Assembly: GCF_006345805.1 (NCBI RefSeq)
Contig: NC_043000.1
Span: forward strand, 6,324,001 to 6,388,000
Length of the DNA: 64,000 nt
From: Octopus sinensis
Lineage: Eukaryota
Direction of reading: 5' to 3'
Shown: one piece after another, positions 25,641 through 38,977 of the stretch
How positions within the stretch are numbered: the stretch's first letter is position 1
Layout of the letters: every line of letters begins with the position of its first letter
Made by a program: the position numbers and the translations under genes
Notes under the pieces: model-generated
What the model was told of the DNA's origin: nothing
Seen by the model: only the letters and a program-made list of their open reading frames with translations
The model's database searches: none

Positions 25641-26105
25641 AGCCACCAAGTATGTATGTATGTATATACATACATACATACACTCACGGAATGGTTGGCG
25701 TTAGGAAGGGCATCCAGCTGTAGAAACATTGCCAGATAAGACTGGAGCCTGGTGCAGCCTTCTGGCTTCCCAGATCCCCGGTCGAACCGTCCAACCCATG
25801 CTAGCATGGAGAACGGACGTTAAACGATGATGATACATACATACATACGTACAGGCATGGCTTTGTCATTAAGGACTCTTGTTTCATGATCCATGTGTTC
25901 CCGGTTCGACAGCACTAGGCGGTATCTAAAAATATTATTTTAGGCACAGGAGTGGCTGTGTGGTAAGTAGCTTGCTTACCAACCACATGGTTCTGGGTTC
26001 ATTCCCACTACATGGCACCTTGGGCAAGTGTCTTCTACTATAGCCTTGGGCCAACCAAAGCCTTGTGAGTGGATTTGGTAGACGGAAACTGAAAGAAGCC
26101 TGTCA

Positions 26106-26168
<63 letters not shown>

Positions 26169-26456
26169 GTGTGTCTGTGTTTGTCCCCACCACCATCACT
26201 TGACAACCGATGCTGGTGTGTTTACGTTCCCGTCACTTAGCGGTTCGGCAAAAGAGACCGATAGAATAAGTACTAGGCTTACAAAGAATAAGACCTAGGG
26301 TCGATTTGCTCAACTAAAGTCGGTGCTCCAGCATGGCCACAGTCAAATGACTGAAACAAATAAAAGAGAAAAAGAGTATATGAGCCTTTGAGAGAAATTT
26401 GGCAAGATGAAACAACACTGCTTTCAGGTTCCAGGAGATGGGTTTCCACTAGAATT

Positions 26457-26583
26457 TCAAAGGAAATCTGTTGGGCTTTGTTGTTGCAGAGAAAGGCCCA
26501 GCAGATAATCATGGGCTCTCTTGGTTCTCTGGACCCTGATATGTGTTCCAGATGAACCACTCCCCTTATTAGAAGCTCTAGGT
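26457..26583 (-). CDS. Candidate terminal exon: (R)PRASNKGSGSSGTHIRVQRTKRAHDYLLGLSLQQQSPTDFL*
   Basis: Acceptor cattcttcatactgtcacag, unique sequence, open to TGA. The phase-1 frame is also open for more than 70 codons. Link to the 37018 exon is unproven. Confidence 0.3.
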
Positions 26584-27136
26584 CTGTGACAGTATGAAGA
26601 ATGTTGTTTAATGTTTTTCAAAGTTCGCTTTGATCTGTTGTAGAAATATGGAACCAAGACAGGGATAGTGTAATTGAAAGAGACTAAAATACAAGACCAT
26701 ATGCACACACACACACACACAAGCACACACACACACACATGCACGCACACATACACATATATACAAGCAGTCTCCAAGTTACAACAGTTCAATTTACAAT
26801 CATCTGTTGTTATAAACCAACCTGTGTATATTAAAAATTCAAGTGAGATAAAATGGTAATAATGAGAGGATGGGCTGTTGGTAATACACATCAAAAGAGA
26901 CCGCATTCCCAGCAGTGATTTTGGTTTGAGGAAAATCAATGCTACATTAAAACAATTTTAAATCTTATACTAGATAGGCGTAGGAGTGGCTGTGTGGTAA
27001 GTAGCTTGCTTACCAACCACATGGTTCTGGGTTCAGTCCCACTGCGTGGCACCTTGGGCAAGTGTCTTCTACTATAGCCTTGGGCCAACCAAAGCCTTGT
27101 GAATGGATTTGGTAGACGGAAACTGAAAGAAGGCCA

Positions 27137-27380
27137 TCGTATATATACTGTCCCTCTCGTGTTTGACCACTGTCCGAAGTCATGACGCCATGATAGATCG
27201 TTAGCTCCTACACGCATTTTTTTCTCTCCTTGTTTCTTTTCGGTATATCTTTCTGTCGAAGAGCGTAGGCTCGAAACGTAAAAGACTTTTTCTATTTCTA
27301 TTCCTGAGCGCTATACTAATACATTTGTTTGTTTGTACTCCACCTGCCTTCGTCTTTTGTTTATTTTCATGAACTTTCCC

Positions 27381-27383
<3 letters not shown>
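27137..27383 (+). mobile_element. Penelope-like element terminal (pLTR) fragment inserted in the (TA)n of a SINE A
   Basis: Carries a hammerhead-like motif followed by a T-rich tail and (TA)n. It splits SINE 26985-27615. Confidence 0.65.
27248..27285 (+). ncRNA. Minimal type-I hammerhead-like motif, core CUGUCGA (A6>U)
   Basis: TCTTT-CTGTCGA-A-GAGC(GTAG)GCTC-GAA-ACGT-A-AAAGA: stem I 5 bp, stem II 4 bp, palindromic stem III, GUA cleavage triplet. Confidence 0.65.
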
Positions 27384-27416
<33 letters not shown>

Positions 27417-27941
27417 TGTGTGTGTGTGTTTGTCACCCAACATCGCTTGACAACCAGTGGTGGTGTGTCTACGTCTCAGTAACTTAGTGGTTCAGCAAAA
27501 GAGACCGATAGAATAAGTACTAGGCTAACAAAGAATAAGTCCTGGGGTCGATTTGTTCGACTAAAGGCGGTGCTCCGGCATGGCCACAATCAAATGACCG
27601 AAACAAGTAAAAGAGAGAGTATAACGATTTTATGATGTGTCTTAACTTGTTTTATTTTATTTACAATTTTTTGTTATTGTCCTCATAACTTTGCCTCCAA
27701 AATGAAAAGCCTACACAAATGACAGCAATACTCAGAAGCAAATGACCATAATTGAAATTAAAGTAGCAATAAAGTTGGTAGTAGCAGTGAGAAATAAAAT
27801 ACCAACAGCATTGGAAAAAAACATTATGCAACAGTTGGTCAACGATTGGGATAATTTTGAGGATAATTTTAATCTTTTCAATGCCAGCTTGCCTATGACT
27901 GCTCCCGGTTCCTTGGTTCTATGACACAAACTCTGTTTTAA

Positions 27942-28158
27942 CCCTTTTATTACGAAATTTCAAATGAAATATATCGCTTTTGTTTCAGTTAATTTTGAAA
28001 ATAATGAGGAATTTAGTAATCTTGTCATTATGGAATTGGTGTCTGAAACATAAAGTAACATGAAGTTTTAATGGAAGATTTTAATTCAGATCCCTTTAGA
28101 AGAAGGAATTTGTATAAGAGGGCCAAGGGCAATCTCAAGTGGGTTGGTATCAAAAAGG
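27942..28158. mobile_element. AT-rich piggyBac-like MITE
   Basis: TTAA|ccctttt...aaaaagg|TTAA. Related copies at ~3110-3260, 33790-34025 and 58452-58831, and as tandem arrays at 5560-6010 and 38980-39690. Confidence 0.6.
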
Positions 28159-28402
28159 TTAAAGTGATTTAAATGAAATCTTTCCCTCAAAATTTTAAGT
28201 TAATTTATGTTTCTAACGCCAGCTCAATAATAAGTTGTTTTACTAAATATTTCATTATTTTCAAAATTAATTGAAACTAAGTCAATGTATTCCAACAGAA
28301 ATATGGTAAAAAGTTAAAGGGCAAAGCAAGAATAATGGAAAAAGTCACAGCCATTGTTCCAATGGAAACAATGATATTCACTAAAGCAATTCAGTGGTTT
28401 AA

Positions 28403-28845
28403 CACTTTAGTATTCAGATTAGTTACTCAAATGTGATGCTTATTTATTCACATTGTTTTGAATTAATCATGCATTATCTCGTAGCTTTGAGATTTTGATA
28501 TGATTGTTTAATTTTAGTATGATATTGTAAAAAAGGTGTCAGAGATCAGATCTGGTCTGTTTGAACATAAAACATATAGACTATTTAAACTGGATCTGGC
28601 CAGTTTAACCCTTTAGCATTCAAACTGGCTATATCAGGCCGAAATATTTAACCTGTTTTATGTTGCAATTGGTCAGATCTGACCTCTCACACCTACCCTA
28701 CAATGTTGTTCTAAAAGTAAACAATCACATCATCAGCATCTCTGAATTACAAAATAATCCATGATTAATTTTAAAACAATATAAATAAACAAACATTACA
28801 TTTGACAAAATAATCTGAATATTAAAGGGTTAAATGCCCAAGGGT
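28403..28845. mobile_element. piggyBac-like MITE with a same-family copy (28609-28829) nested at a TTAA
   Basis: TTAA|ccctttagcattca ... tgaatattaaaggg|TTAA. Confidence 0.65.
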
Positions 28846-31800
28846 TAATTATTGAAATGTAAAGGCTATTAAGAATTCGGTTGGATGATCAAAACCAGTG
28901 GCCTATTCCTATTAGCCTTGGTTTAATCTAAGAAAAGTCTTGAAATGTTTGCAATGATTTAAAAATTGCATAAGTGGTAAAGGAAGAGGATTCTGAAGAA
29001 GATTTTGTGATGAGTTTTATTCTTTTATTCTTTTACTTGTTTCAGTAATTTCACTGCGACCATGCTGGGGCACCACTTTTAGTCGAACAAATTGACCCCA
29101 GGACTTGTTCTTTGTAAACCTAGTACTTATTCTATCGGTATCTTTTGCTGAACTGCTATGTTACAGGGATGTAAACACGCCAACATCGGTTGTCAAGCAA
29201 TGGTGGTGGTGAGAGAACACAGACACACACACAAATATATATATATATATATGACGGGCTTCTTTCAGTTTCTTATTTCTTTATTGCCCACAAGGGGCTA
29301 AACACAGAGGGGACAAACAAGGACAGACAAAGGGATTAAGTCGATTACATCGACCCCAGTGCATAACTGGTACTTAATTTATCAACCCTGAAAGGATGAA
29401 AGGCAAAGTCAACTTCAGCAGAATTTGAACTTAGAACATAACGGCAGATGTAATACCGCTAAGCATTTCACCCGGCGTGCTAACATTTCTGCCAGCTGAC
29501 TAGGCTTCTTTCAGTTTCTGTCTCCCAAATCCACTCACAAAGGCTTTAGCGTGAGGCTATAATAAAGACACTTGCCCAAGGTGTCATGCAGTGGGACTGA
29601 ACCGGGAACCATGTGGTTGGGAAACAAACTTCTTACCACACAGCCACTCCTGCAATCATTTTAAAGGGAAGGTAAATTTACACAATATTGGTTTCAAATT
29701 TTGGCACAAGGCCAGCAATTTCAGGAGAGTGCTCTCTCTACTGGTACTTATTTTACGGACCCTGAAAATACTTATTTTACAGACCCTGGCAGAATTTGAA
29801 CCCAGAATGGGAAAATGGACAAAATGCCGCCAAGCATTTTGTCCAGCATGCTAAATATTCTAGCAGCTCACTGCCTTAGATTTGCACAATATTACAGAGT
29901 GAAGTGAAAGAGCGAATGTCAATGTATTTGTTACGAGTGAATTTAGTTAAATGTTGAGAAAATAATTAAGGAAAGAGATTATTTGCCAGATCAGATATTT
30001 AAGGCTTTGGCATTCAGATTACTGTGTCAAATATATCATCATCATCATCATTTAGTGTCTGTTTTCCATGCTGGCATGGGTAAGACGATTTGACTGAAAA
30101 TGGTAAGCTGGAAAGTCACACCATGTTCCAATCTGATTTGGCATGGTTTCAATGGCTGGATGCCCTTTTCCTAACGCCAACCACTCCAGGAGTGTAATGG
30201 GTCTTTTTTACATGCCACTGGCATGGGTGTCAGTTATGTGACACAAATATGTTTTCACTTGGTTTGATGAGTCTTCCTATATTGCCAAAGGTCTCAGTCA
30301 CTTATCACCTCCATGAGGCCCAATGTTCAAAGGGTGCTTTTCACATGCCACTGACATGGATGCCTGTTACATGACACCAGCATTGACCATGACTACAGTT
30401 TTACTTGGTTTGACAGGTCTTCTCAAGCACAGCATATCGCCAAAAGTCTTGGTCACTTGTCATTGCTTCAATGTTTACCTATTTACATCATTTTGAATTA
30501 ACCCTGCATTGCTTTGAGATTTTGAAACAACATTGAAGGGGTAGGTGTGAAAGGCCAGTTCTAGCCAGTTTGAACATAAAACAGGTAGTATATTTGAACT
30601 AGATATGACCAGTTTAAATGCTACAGGGTTAATGTAGCCAAGACTGGCTTAATTTGGTGGGGGGATAAAAAAGAATGCTTACTCTTTTACTTGTTTCAGT
30701 CATTTGACTGCGGCCATGCTGGAGCACCACCTTTAGTCGAACAAATCGAACCCGGGACTTATTCTTTGTAAGCCTAGTACTTATTCTATAGGTTTCTTTT
30801 GCCAAACTGCTAAGTTATGGGGACATAAACACACCAGCATCGGTTGTCAAGCAATGCTAGGGGGACAAACACAGACACACTAACATACACACACACATAT
30901 ACATATATACGACGGCCTTCTTTCAGTTTCTATCTACCAAATCCACTCACAAGGCTTTGGGCAGCCCAAGGCTATAGAAGAAGACACTTGCCCAAGGTGC
31001 TACACAGTGGAACTGAACTCATAACCATGTGGCTGGTAAGTAAGCTACTTACCACACAGCCACTCCTTTGCATATATATATATCTGTTATCTTTTACTTG
31101 TTTCAGTCATTGGACTGCAGCCATGCTGGGGCACCACCTTGAAGGATTTTTTTAATTGAACAAATTGACAAGAGGACTTATTTTTTTAAAGTCTAGTACA
31201 TATTCTATTTTTCTCTTTTACTGAACCACTAACTTACACAGATGTAAACAAACCAATACCGGTTGTCAAGCAGTGGTGGGGGACAAACACAGAAACACAC
31301 ACATAGATGTATATATATGACAGGCTTCTTTCAGTTTCCGTCTACCAAATCCACTCACAAGGCTTTGGTTAGTCACACTTGCACCTAAAAATACGCAATG
31401 GATGCATATGCATATGGCAAGAGTTCTTGCTCCTTCTTCAGTACCATATCCAAATACGATGGGCTTCTTTCAGTTTCTCCCCATCAAATCCACCCACAAG
31501 GTTTTGGTTAGTCCAAGGCTATCGTAGAAGACACTTGCCTAAGATGCCACACAGTGAGACTGAACTCAGAACCTTGTACTTTGGAAGCAAGCTCACTGTG
31601 TATATATGCATAAACGTCATGTGACATCCAAACCATGTCATGTTCAGGTTCTTCCATAATCCTGGGCAACTGCTTGAGTTGCTGGAACATTCAACTGATC
31701 CTGTACCCCACCACACATAAACATGCTCACATTCTCTCTCAATAATCAATACATTTATTATTTTTGTTTCTAATTTAGGCACAAAGCCAGTAATTTTAGG

Positions 31801-32997
31801 AGAGGTGCACTTCTCCAGTATTGTATTTTCCTGACCCTGAAGGTATGACAGGCAAGGCTGGTCTCAACAGAATTTGACTTTGCCTTTCATTCTTTTGGGG
31901 TCGTTAAAATGAGCACCAGCTAAGCCCTCCTCTCCTAAAATTGCCAGCCTTATTCCAAAGTTTGAAACGATGAAGATGGTGAGCTATCAGAACATTAGCA
32001 TGCTGGATTAAATGCTTAGTGGCATATTTTCCAATTTAACTCGGTAAGTATAAATTCTGCTGAGGTCAGCTTTACCTTTCATCCCCTTAGGGTTGATGAA
32101 ATAAAAGCACCAGTTTAGCACTGGGGTTAATGCAACTGATTAGCCTCTCCCCCAGAATTTTAGGCCCTATGCCTAAAATTTTGATATTGCTCTTTGTGAC
32201 TGGTTTAGTTTTGCTAATATCAGATCACAACCTGTGCTCTAGCATAAGAAACATTCTTGTCTCTACTCCTATTAAGATCCTTCCAGGTTGTTCCAAATTC
32301 CCCTTCCTTTGTGTCAAAGACTTTCCGGAAAATTCTGTCTGATCTAAGTCAAGAGTTTTCTGCACTACACCCACTCCTTATTAAAATCTAATTTTACCCT
32401 CAAATTCCTCGTCACAGTTCCCGAAACACCAATAATAATCGGAAGGACTAATGAACCTAGCCAATTTCCTCTCAGTTATAAACACGTTTATTATGAATAA
32501 AAGAAATTATGGCATCATCATCATTAATATTATTATTATTTCAATACGTTTATTACATTCAAAAGCCGCCGTGGTCAGCGTTGTCTTTCATCATTCTGGG
32601 TCGATAAAATAAAGTACCAAACAAGTGGTGAGGTCGATGTAACCGATCAGCCCTCGACCCCTAAAACTGCTGGCCTTGTATTAAAATTTGAAACAATTAT
32701 TATTTCTACCACATACTAAGACATGTGACTGACTGACGCTAAATATGAACCGTGAGCAACTGCTCCGACTTTAAAATTAATGCAAGAACAACTCTTCTTT
32801 CGTAACCCGGTGACTGTCTTTGTGTCTATACGCTTAGGTGCACACGGTCACACGAGTGAGAGAAAGAAGAACAATGCTTTGACAATTTAAATCTTTTTGA
32901 ATCCGACGAGTCACAATTTTCATTTCTTTAATAATCTTGTCCATGGATTATCACGTAGATCTATACGTTATTTTAGTTTTAGGCAAATACTTATAGA

Positions 32998-33039
<42 letters not shown>

Positions 33040-34230
33040 AGCTACGAAATTTTATATATATACAGCATATTGCATGACGATTTTTGGTCTATTTCTTTTC
33101 AGTCCAACGCATGTCACCTGTGAAATGTCACGGCTGACACACCTATCATAGTTTCGTCACCACTGATTTAAATCCACTTGGCTCCTTGCATAATTTCTAA
33201 TACCCATTGTCACACACACACGACTTTAATTCTTGACTTGATTAAACATTTCAGCAATCAAATTATAATCGACAGGATCTAAAGATGGAAAGTTGATCCA
33301 AATAAGGGGTCACACTGATCCCGAAGGTAACATCGGAATATTTGTTTATACTGTAACGATTGTCAACCTTATTTACATTAAATATCATCACTAGTCATCG
33401 ATAATGTGTTCACAGGTAATTGATTACATCAAATCCAATCAGTGTTTTTGCAGAAACATTCCACATTCAAAGTGTCACCTGCATATTGATTAACAGGTTT
33501 AATCATCAAAGACTAAAGTCGAAATGACACTTTCATCCTTCAAACATTTTTAAAAGAATCTTAAATATTCCATGCTGAAAGTCATCAATTAAGTGATTTA
33601 CTTTTCCTGTTTCTCAATTAATAATCGACCCACAAAGTCTGAAAGTCATTGATAAAATATCATGTTTTTCCATTTTTTTAATTAATAATCGACATTGAGA
33701 AATAATTTATGTTTCGCTCTTTTTTTTAAAATAATTATTAATCGACATATAAAGGTAAAAATAGAAATCCATTTATGATTAGTTTTCCCTATTTTCTTAC
33801 TAATTTACAAATCAACAACCCTTTCGTTATTACATTTGTTTTGAAATAAACTGCTTCTATTCCAGATAATTTTGAAAACAAAGAAGATAGTAAAATAACT
33901 TTGTCTTTATTATCTATCAAGTTGGTGTTTGAAACAGATTAACCTGAAATTTTTAATGGAAAGGTGCTTTTTTTGAGATCCCTTTAAAACAGTAAGTTTG
34001 TAAGGTAGAACGAAAGGTCGGTTAAACATAGAAGAGAAAGTAAATAACTACCGCAGTAGGTTATATACGAATTACATATCAAACGCAAAATATTTTACTC
34101 AGACTGCGATAGGAGCTCGACCTTGCACGATATCATCAGTTTATTAGAGGGATATTTATTGAATGACTCCTTAAGACACGATTCAGTGCTTTACAGGTGC
34201 TCATTTTAACGCAATTCCAATTAGCCGCCT

Positions 34231-34330
34231 ACTCACCTCAGTCACACCGCATGACTGGATTTAAAAAGTGACGTACGCCACACAAATTTAGAAACCCTAA
34301 AGTCACCTCAACCGGCTGGTTGCTATGGTG
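34231..34330 (-). promoter_or_regulatory. Possible alternative non-coding first exon / promoter
   Basis: Strong donor ctgag|gtgagt (34237/34236), CRE-like TGACGTA at 34269-34275, X-box-like GTTGCTATGG at 34319-34328, CpG-rich. Confidence 0.3.
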
Positions 34331-35259
34331 TTTTTTTTTTTCTTAAAGAATTTGCAATAGTTTCCAATTTTGTCCATTTAGATTCTTTAAGCTGGTTGTA
34401 TTTGGTAACGCTTCTGAACTCTTGATTTTCAGAGATACAGATTAAATTAAATCACAGGTGTAATTTATTTATATTATACAGAAGAAAAACTACCATAAAT
34501 GCCTTGATGAGAGAATCTTGTAAAATTTCTTCCAACCATTTCAAGTTTTCATAAGGTATTTTTCAAATTTTCTACAATAATGTTCGTTACTTCATTGTAG
34601 AAAATTTGTTACTTTTCTATTATAAATTATCTGGAAGAAAATAAATGCGATTTTCGTCATTACCAGGCAAAACCACATTTTTTGAAAACAATGTAGTGAA
34701 AATTTGAAATGCTTCAAATGGCTGGAAGAAATTTAAGAAGATCCGACAGAAGGTATTTGCCTTTAAAGGTGAAAAAAAAAAAAAGATACAAAACTTCCTT
34801 AAAAAGGTAAAAACAAAAAATAGGAGGGAACCATACAAAACTTTTCAAGTGTTGATAAAAGAAAGAATGGATAATAAGAGAGAATGTTTAATAATAAGTA
34901 TCACAGGTCACTTTTGATAGAGTGACGATGCTGAAGACAAACACTATTCCGTTTCCGAATTAAAACGGATTGTTCCAGTCAGTAGTCATTTCTGCTAAGA
35001 CGGTCGTCTCCGTCTCAGGAACACGTGTGGCGAAGTGGTGAAGCTAGAGATGTGCAGTGTGGGTGTAAATGGATTCGTAATCTATACTTCTTTATTTACT
35101 CTTTCACACATTGTCTGTGTGTGTGTGAGTGCACACACAAATATAAGGGTTTAGTTTTTTTACATCTTGTCTATGCGTGTGTGTGTGTGTAGATAGACAC
35201 GCGCATATATGCATATATATGTGTATGCATATTCATAGATATGTACGTACACACATGCA

Positions 35260-35800
<541 letters not shown>

Positions 35801-37017
35801 GAGACAGAAAGAAAGATCTTGAATATGGATTGTGTATATGTATGGGTTTATCTACAGTTCGAATATAACAATACTGAAAAAGGAACCTGTTGATAGTAAT
35901 ATCATAGGAATCTAGAATATCAGTCAAGTTAGAAAGAGGGGAAAAAAAAAACCATGCGATGCGTGGATTCGATCAATAAACCTTATTTACATGTGTGTGT
36001 TACTTTGGTGTAAATAACAAAAGAAAATGTTAGAATTAAAACGATTTCGCACACACAACACACACTCTTTGTATTTGACAAGGTTTCTTACTAATGTTTA
36101 CAAATGGGGATTGGAATAGTTTTACTTGGTAAAATATTTCAAAATATCTTAAATGTAGAGTCGATTATTTCGATTAGCTGTTAAGATATGGTACATGTAT
36201 GCAACATTAATGAGAATTTTAGAGAAAGAGGGAAAATTAGGAAATTGTGCTATGCCATTCACAGCATTCCAAGGACATCAGAGGGGCAGCTTTAATTGAG
36301 AATCGAAACCGAATCGTTAATTCAATTTTACATGCTACAAACTACACTACAACTACTACCTTGACAAAGAAGGATCCCCAACTTGTAAAATTGACCTGCT
36401 AGAAGCAGTAATGAAATCTCTCTCTCTCTCCACACACACACAATCCAGTTCCTTAACAGACGGACACATATTAAATAATATAGGTCCAGGTACATCCCCC
36501 TCCCCGATAAAAACAAGGTGATCAGTTAAAATGCATTTAACGAGATCGGTTTGAACAGTTGACCTGAAGCTCTACAATAACAAATAGCTACAAATAATTT
36601 CTTCTATCTCGGCACAAGGCCAATTTTTGTAAGATGTTAAAGATGTTCTTTTCTTTTTTTTATCTATGTACAGATGGAAGGCCTTTTTTTCCCCCGACCT
36701 CAGCAGGTTTTGAACTCAAAATATGAAGGTTCGAGAGATTTTAACACTTGCAAGACATGTTGTTCGAATTACTGCTACTACAACTAACCGTGGTTTATTT
36801 AATTACGGCACATATTACTGTTTAAGTACTCGTCATACATAAACATGTTCGTAAATACTAAAAAATATCACACACATCGTCAAAACACACCTGAAAACGA
36901 CCTACAGAGAAAGTTACGGCCCTAATGTTTAGTCCACCTTAAGTGCTTAAATATTAAAGATACATAATTTCAACAACGATTTCGGTAGCGGGGAAAGGAA
37001 AGAAAAGAGAGACTAAC

Positions 37018-37249
37018 CGGATTTAGTTAGTACACTAAAGCGTGCACTTGCGGCTGGTCTTGATGGTTTTGGCGAAAATCCTGGTCGAGCTGTCAATGAC
37101 TGATCTGGTAAAGCCGTTGCTTCTTCGAGCCGTTCCGTATTATTAGCGCTACTGGTTGTTACTGAAGAATGTGCTTCATGAGTAGCTGCAGTAGATGGAA
37201 TCGGGTCTACGTTGCCTGCCTCTGGGGTGGCTTCTAATTGTCTCTCCAT
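37018..37249 (-). CDS. First coding exon of a - strand gene: MERQLEATPEAG...AASARFSVLTKS(G). Disordered N-terminus with an RFxV motif
   Basis: ORF 37013-37249 with Kozak-like gggcATGG, donor CCG|GTTAGT (phase 1) and an upstream acceptor ggtctttttcag at 37276. Unique, CpG-rich sequence. Confidence 0.7.
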
Positions 37250-37482
37250 GCCCTAATCGAATTTGGAGACTTCTACTGAAAAAGACCGCTAACATAACAT
37301 ATCTCCGATGTGCCTTTTGATGGCTCGATGTAGCTCTAATTGTAATTCAAATCCTGACAGCTACTAACCATCTGAAGGAACTAGCGACACTGATCGTTTC
37401 ATCGGGGTAGAGAAATCGATGTGATTGTTGTGGTGGTTGTGGTCACGCGGGGTTGCTGATCATGCTCGTACTACACACTCAC

Positions 37483-37561
37483 CTAGTATTTATATTTCAT
37501 AGATCATATCGCACTGTACGTGTGTGCGAGTAAATAATATATATATTTATATATACACACA

Positions 37562-37610
<49 letters not shown>

Positions 37611-37760
37611 GAACTGCAAATCAAGAGAGGGAAAGGGTGGGGGGGGGGGTGTTAGTATTGATACACATACGATTAATTTCGCGAACCGTTTTTCCTCCTC
37701 CTCCCCTTCTTTCTCCGTCAAACATTAGCGTATGCTGCGAGAGGCGTGGTCAAAACAGTC
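37483..37760 (-). promoter_or_regulatory. Putative promoter / non-coding first exon of the - strand gene
   Basis: Donor ctag|gtgagt at 37483/37482, GC-box-like GAGGCGTGG at 37741-37749, G-run at 37636-37649 and CpG retention. TSS not located. Confidence 0.4.
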
Positions 37761-38576
37761 GACTCATATTGAATTTCCAGTCTATTTATTCAACAAGTCA
37801 GCATGGTGTAAATAAATAGTTGCCCGTCAAACATTTCTAATTGATTCGATAAAGTACAATGTGGTGGTGGTGGTACTACTACAACTGCATGTACTACCAT
37901 CACCGCCGTTGCCGCCAACTCTATCAATTGTTTTGTCAATGCCTATAACAGACCCTTATAAAATCACAATAGAACACAAGCATTAGGAAGTAGTCAGGTG
38001 GTTTAGTGGAGTAACTATTTGCAAGTGAATTTTTTTAAAAAGTCATATTCAGCATAAGGACCCCTTGGGTCCTAATTAGCGAATATTAGCAGCAGAGTTT
38101 TTTTTTTAATATGAATTTTTAAAAAAATTTTGTTGTGTCTGGGGAGAGTCATTTTCTTTCTGTGCCTTATAATTTAACACACTCACCTAGGAATATAAAA
38201 ATAAAAATAAGAAAAAAGTGGAAATTTTACCGGTGTGTGTGTTGAATTATAAGGCACAAAAAGAAAATGACTCTCCCCAGACACAACAGAATATGCTTCA
38301 ACACACGAACTCACATAAAGAATCTTGCAAACCAAATCCAAAAACGAAATATTAAAAAAAATTATTTTTAAAGAAATATCACAAACGAAGGGTATTAATA
38401 AAAGTCAAGTTATACAAAACCCAAACAAATGTGTGTGCATGACTTTTATAAAATAAGCGCAGTTAGAGTTCTTTTGATACTAATCCACCTATGATAAGCA
38501 TATATTTATATATTATTTATATTGTTATATCATCGAACGTCACGTATCTTTTTCCAAGTAAAATTGTTCCTCTCTC

Positions 38577-38773
38577 TTTTACTTGTTTCAGTCATTTGAC
38601 TGTGGCCATGCTGGAGCACCGACTTTAGTCGAGCAAATCGACCCCAGGACTTATTCTTTGTAAGCCTAGTATTTATTCTATCAGTCTGTTTTGCCGAACC
38701 GCTAAGTTACGGGGACGTAAACACACCAACATCGGTTGTCAAGCGATGTTGGGGGACAAACACAGACACACAA

Positions 38774-38820
<47 letters not shown>

Positions 38821-38977
38821 CGACGGGATTCTTTCAGTTTCCCTCTACCAAATCCACTCACAAGGCTTTGGTCGGCCTGAGGCTATAGTAGAAGACACTA
38901 GCCCAAGGTGCCACGCAGTGGGACTGAACCCGGAATCATGTGGTCGGTAAGCAAGCTACATACCACACAGCCACTCC
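38577..38977 (-). mobile_element. SINE family A, young full-length copy
   Basis: Near-consensus with CpGs retained, head to tail complete. Confidence 0.9.

Noticed and set aside
33276-33326. IQIRGHTDPEG, resembling the OmpA-domain GHTD motif (horizontal transfer?)
   Set aside because: The downstream N...LS..RA motif is absent and the frame soon closes. Most likely chance, though it has weak splice sites as a 51-nt exon.
34482-34555. + strand coding exon with strong splice sites
   Set aside because: Stops in all three frames. At best non-coding, with no supporting neighbour exon.
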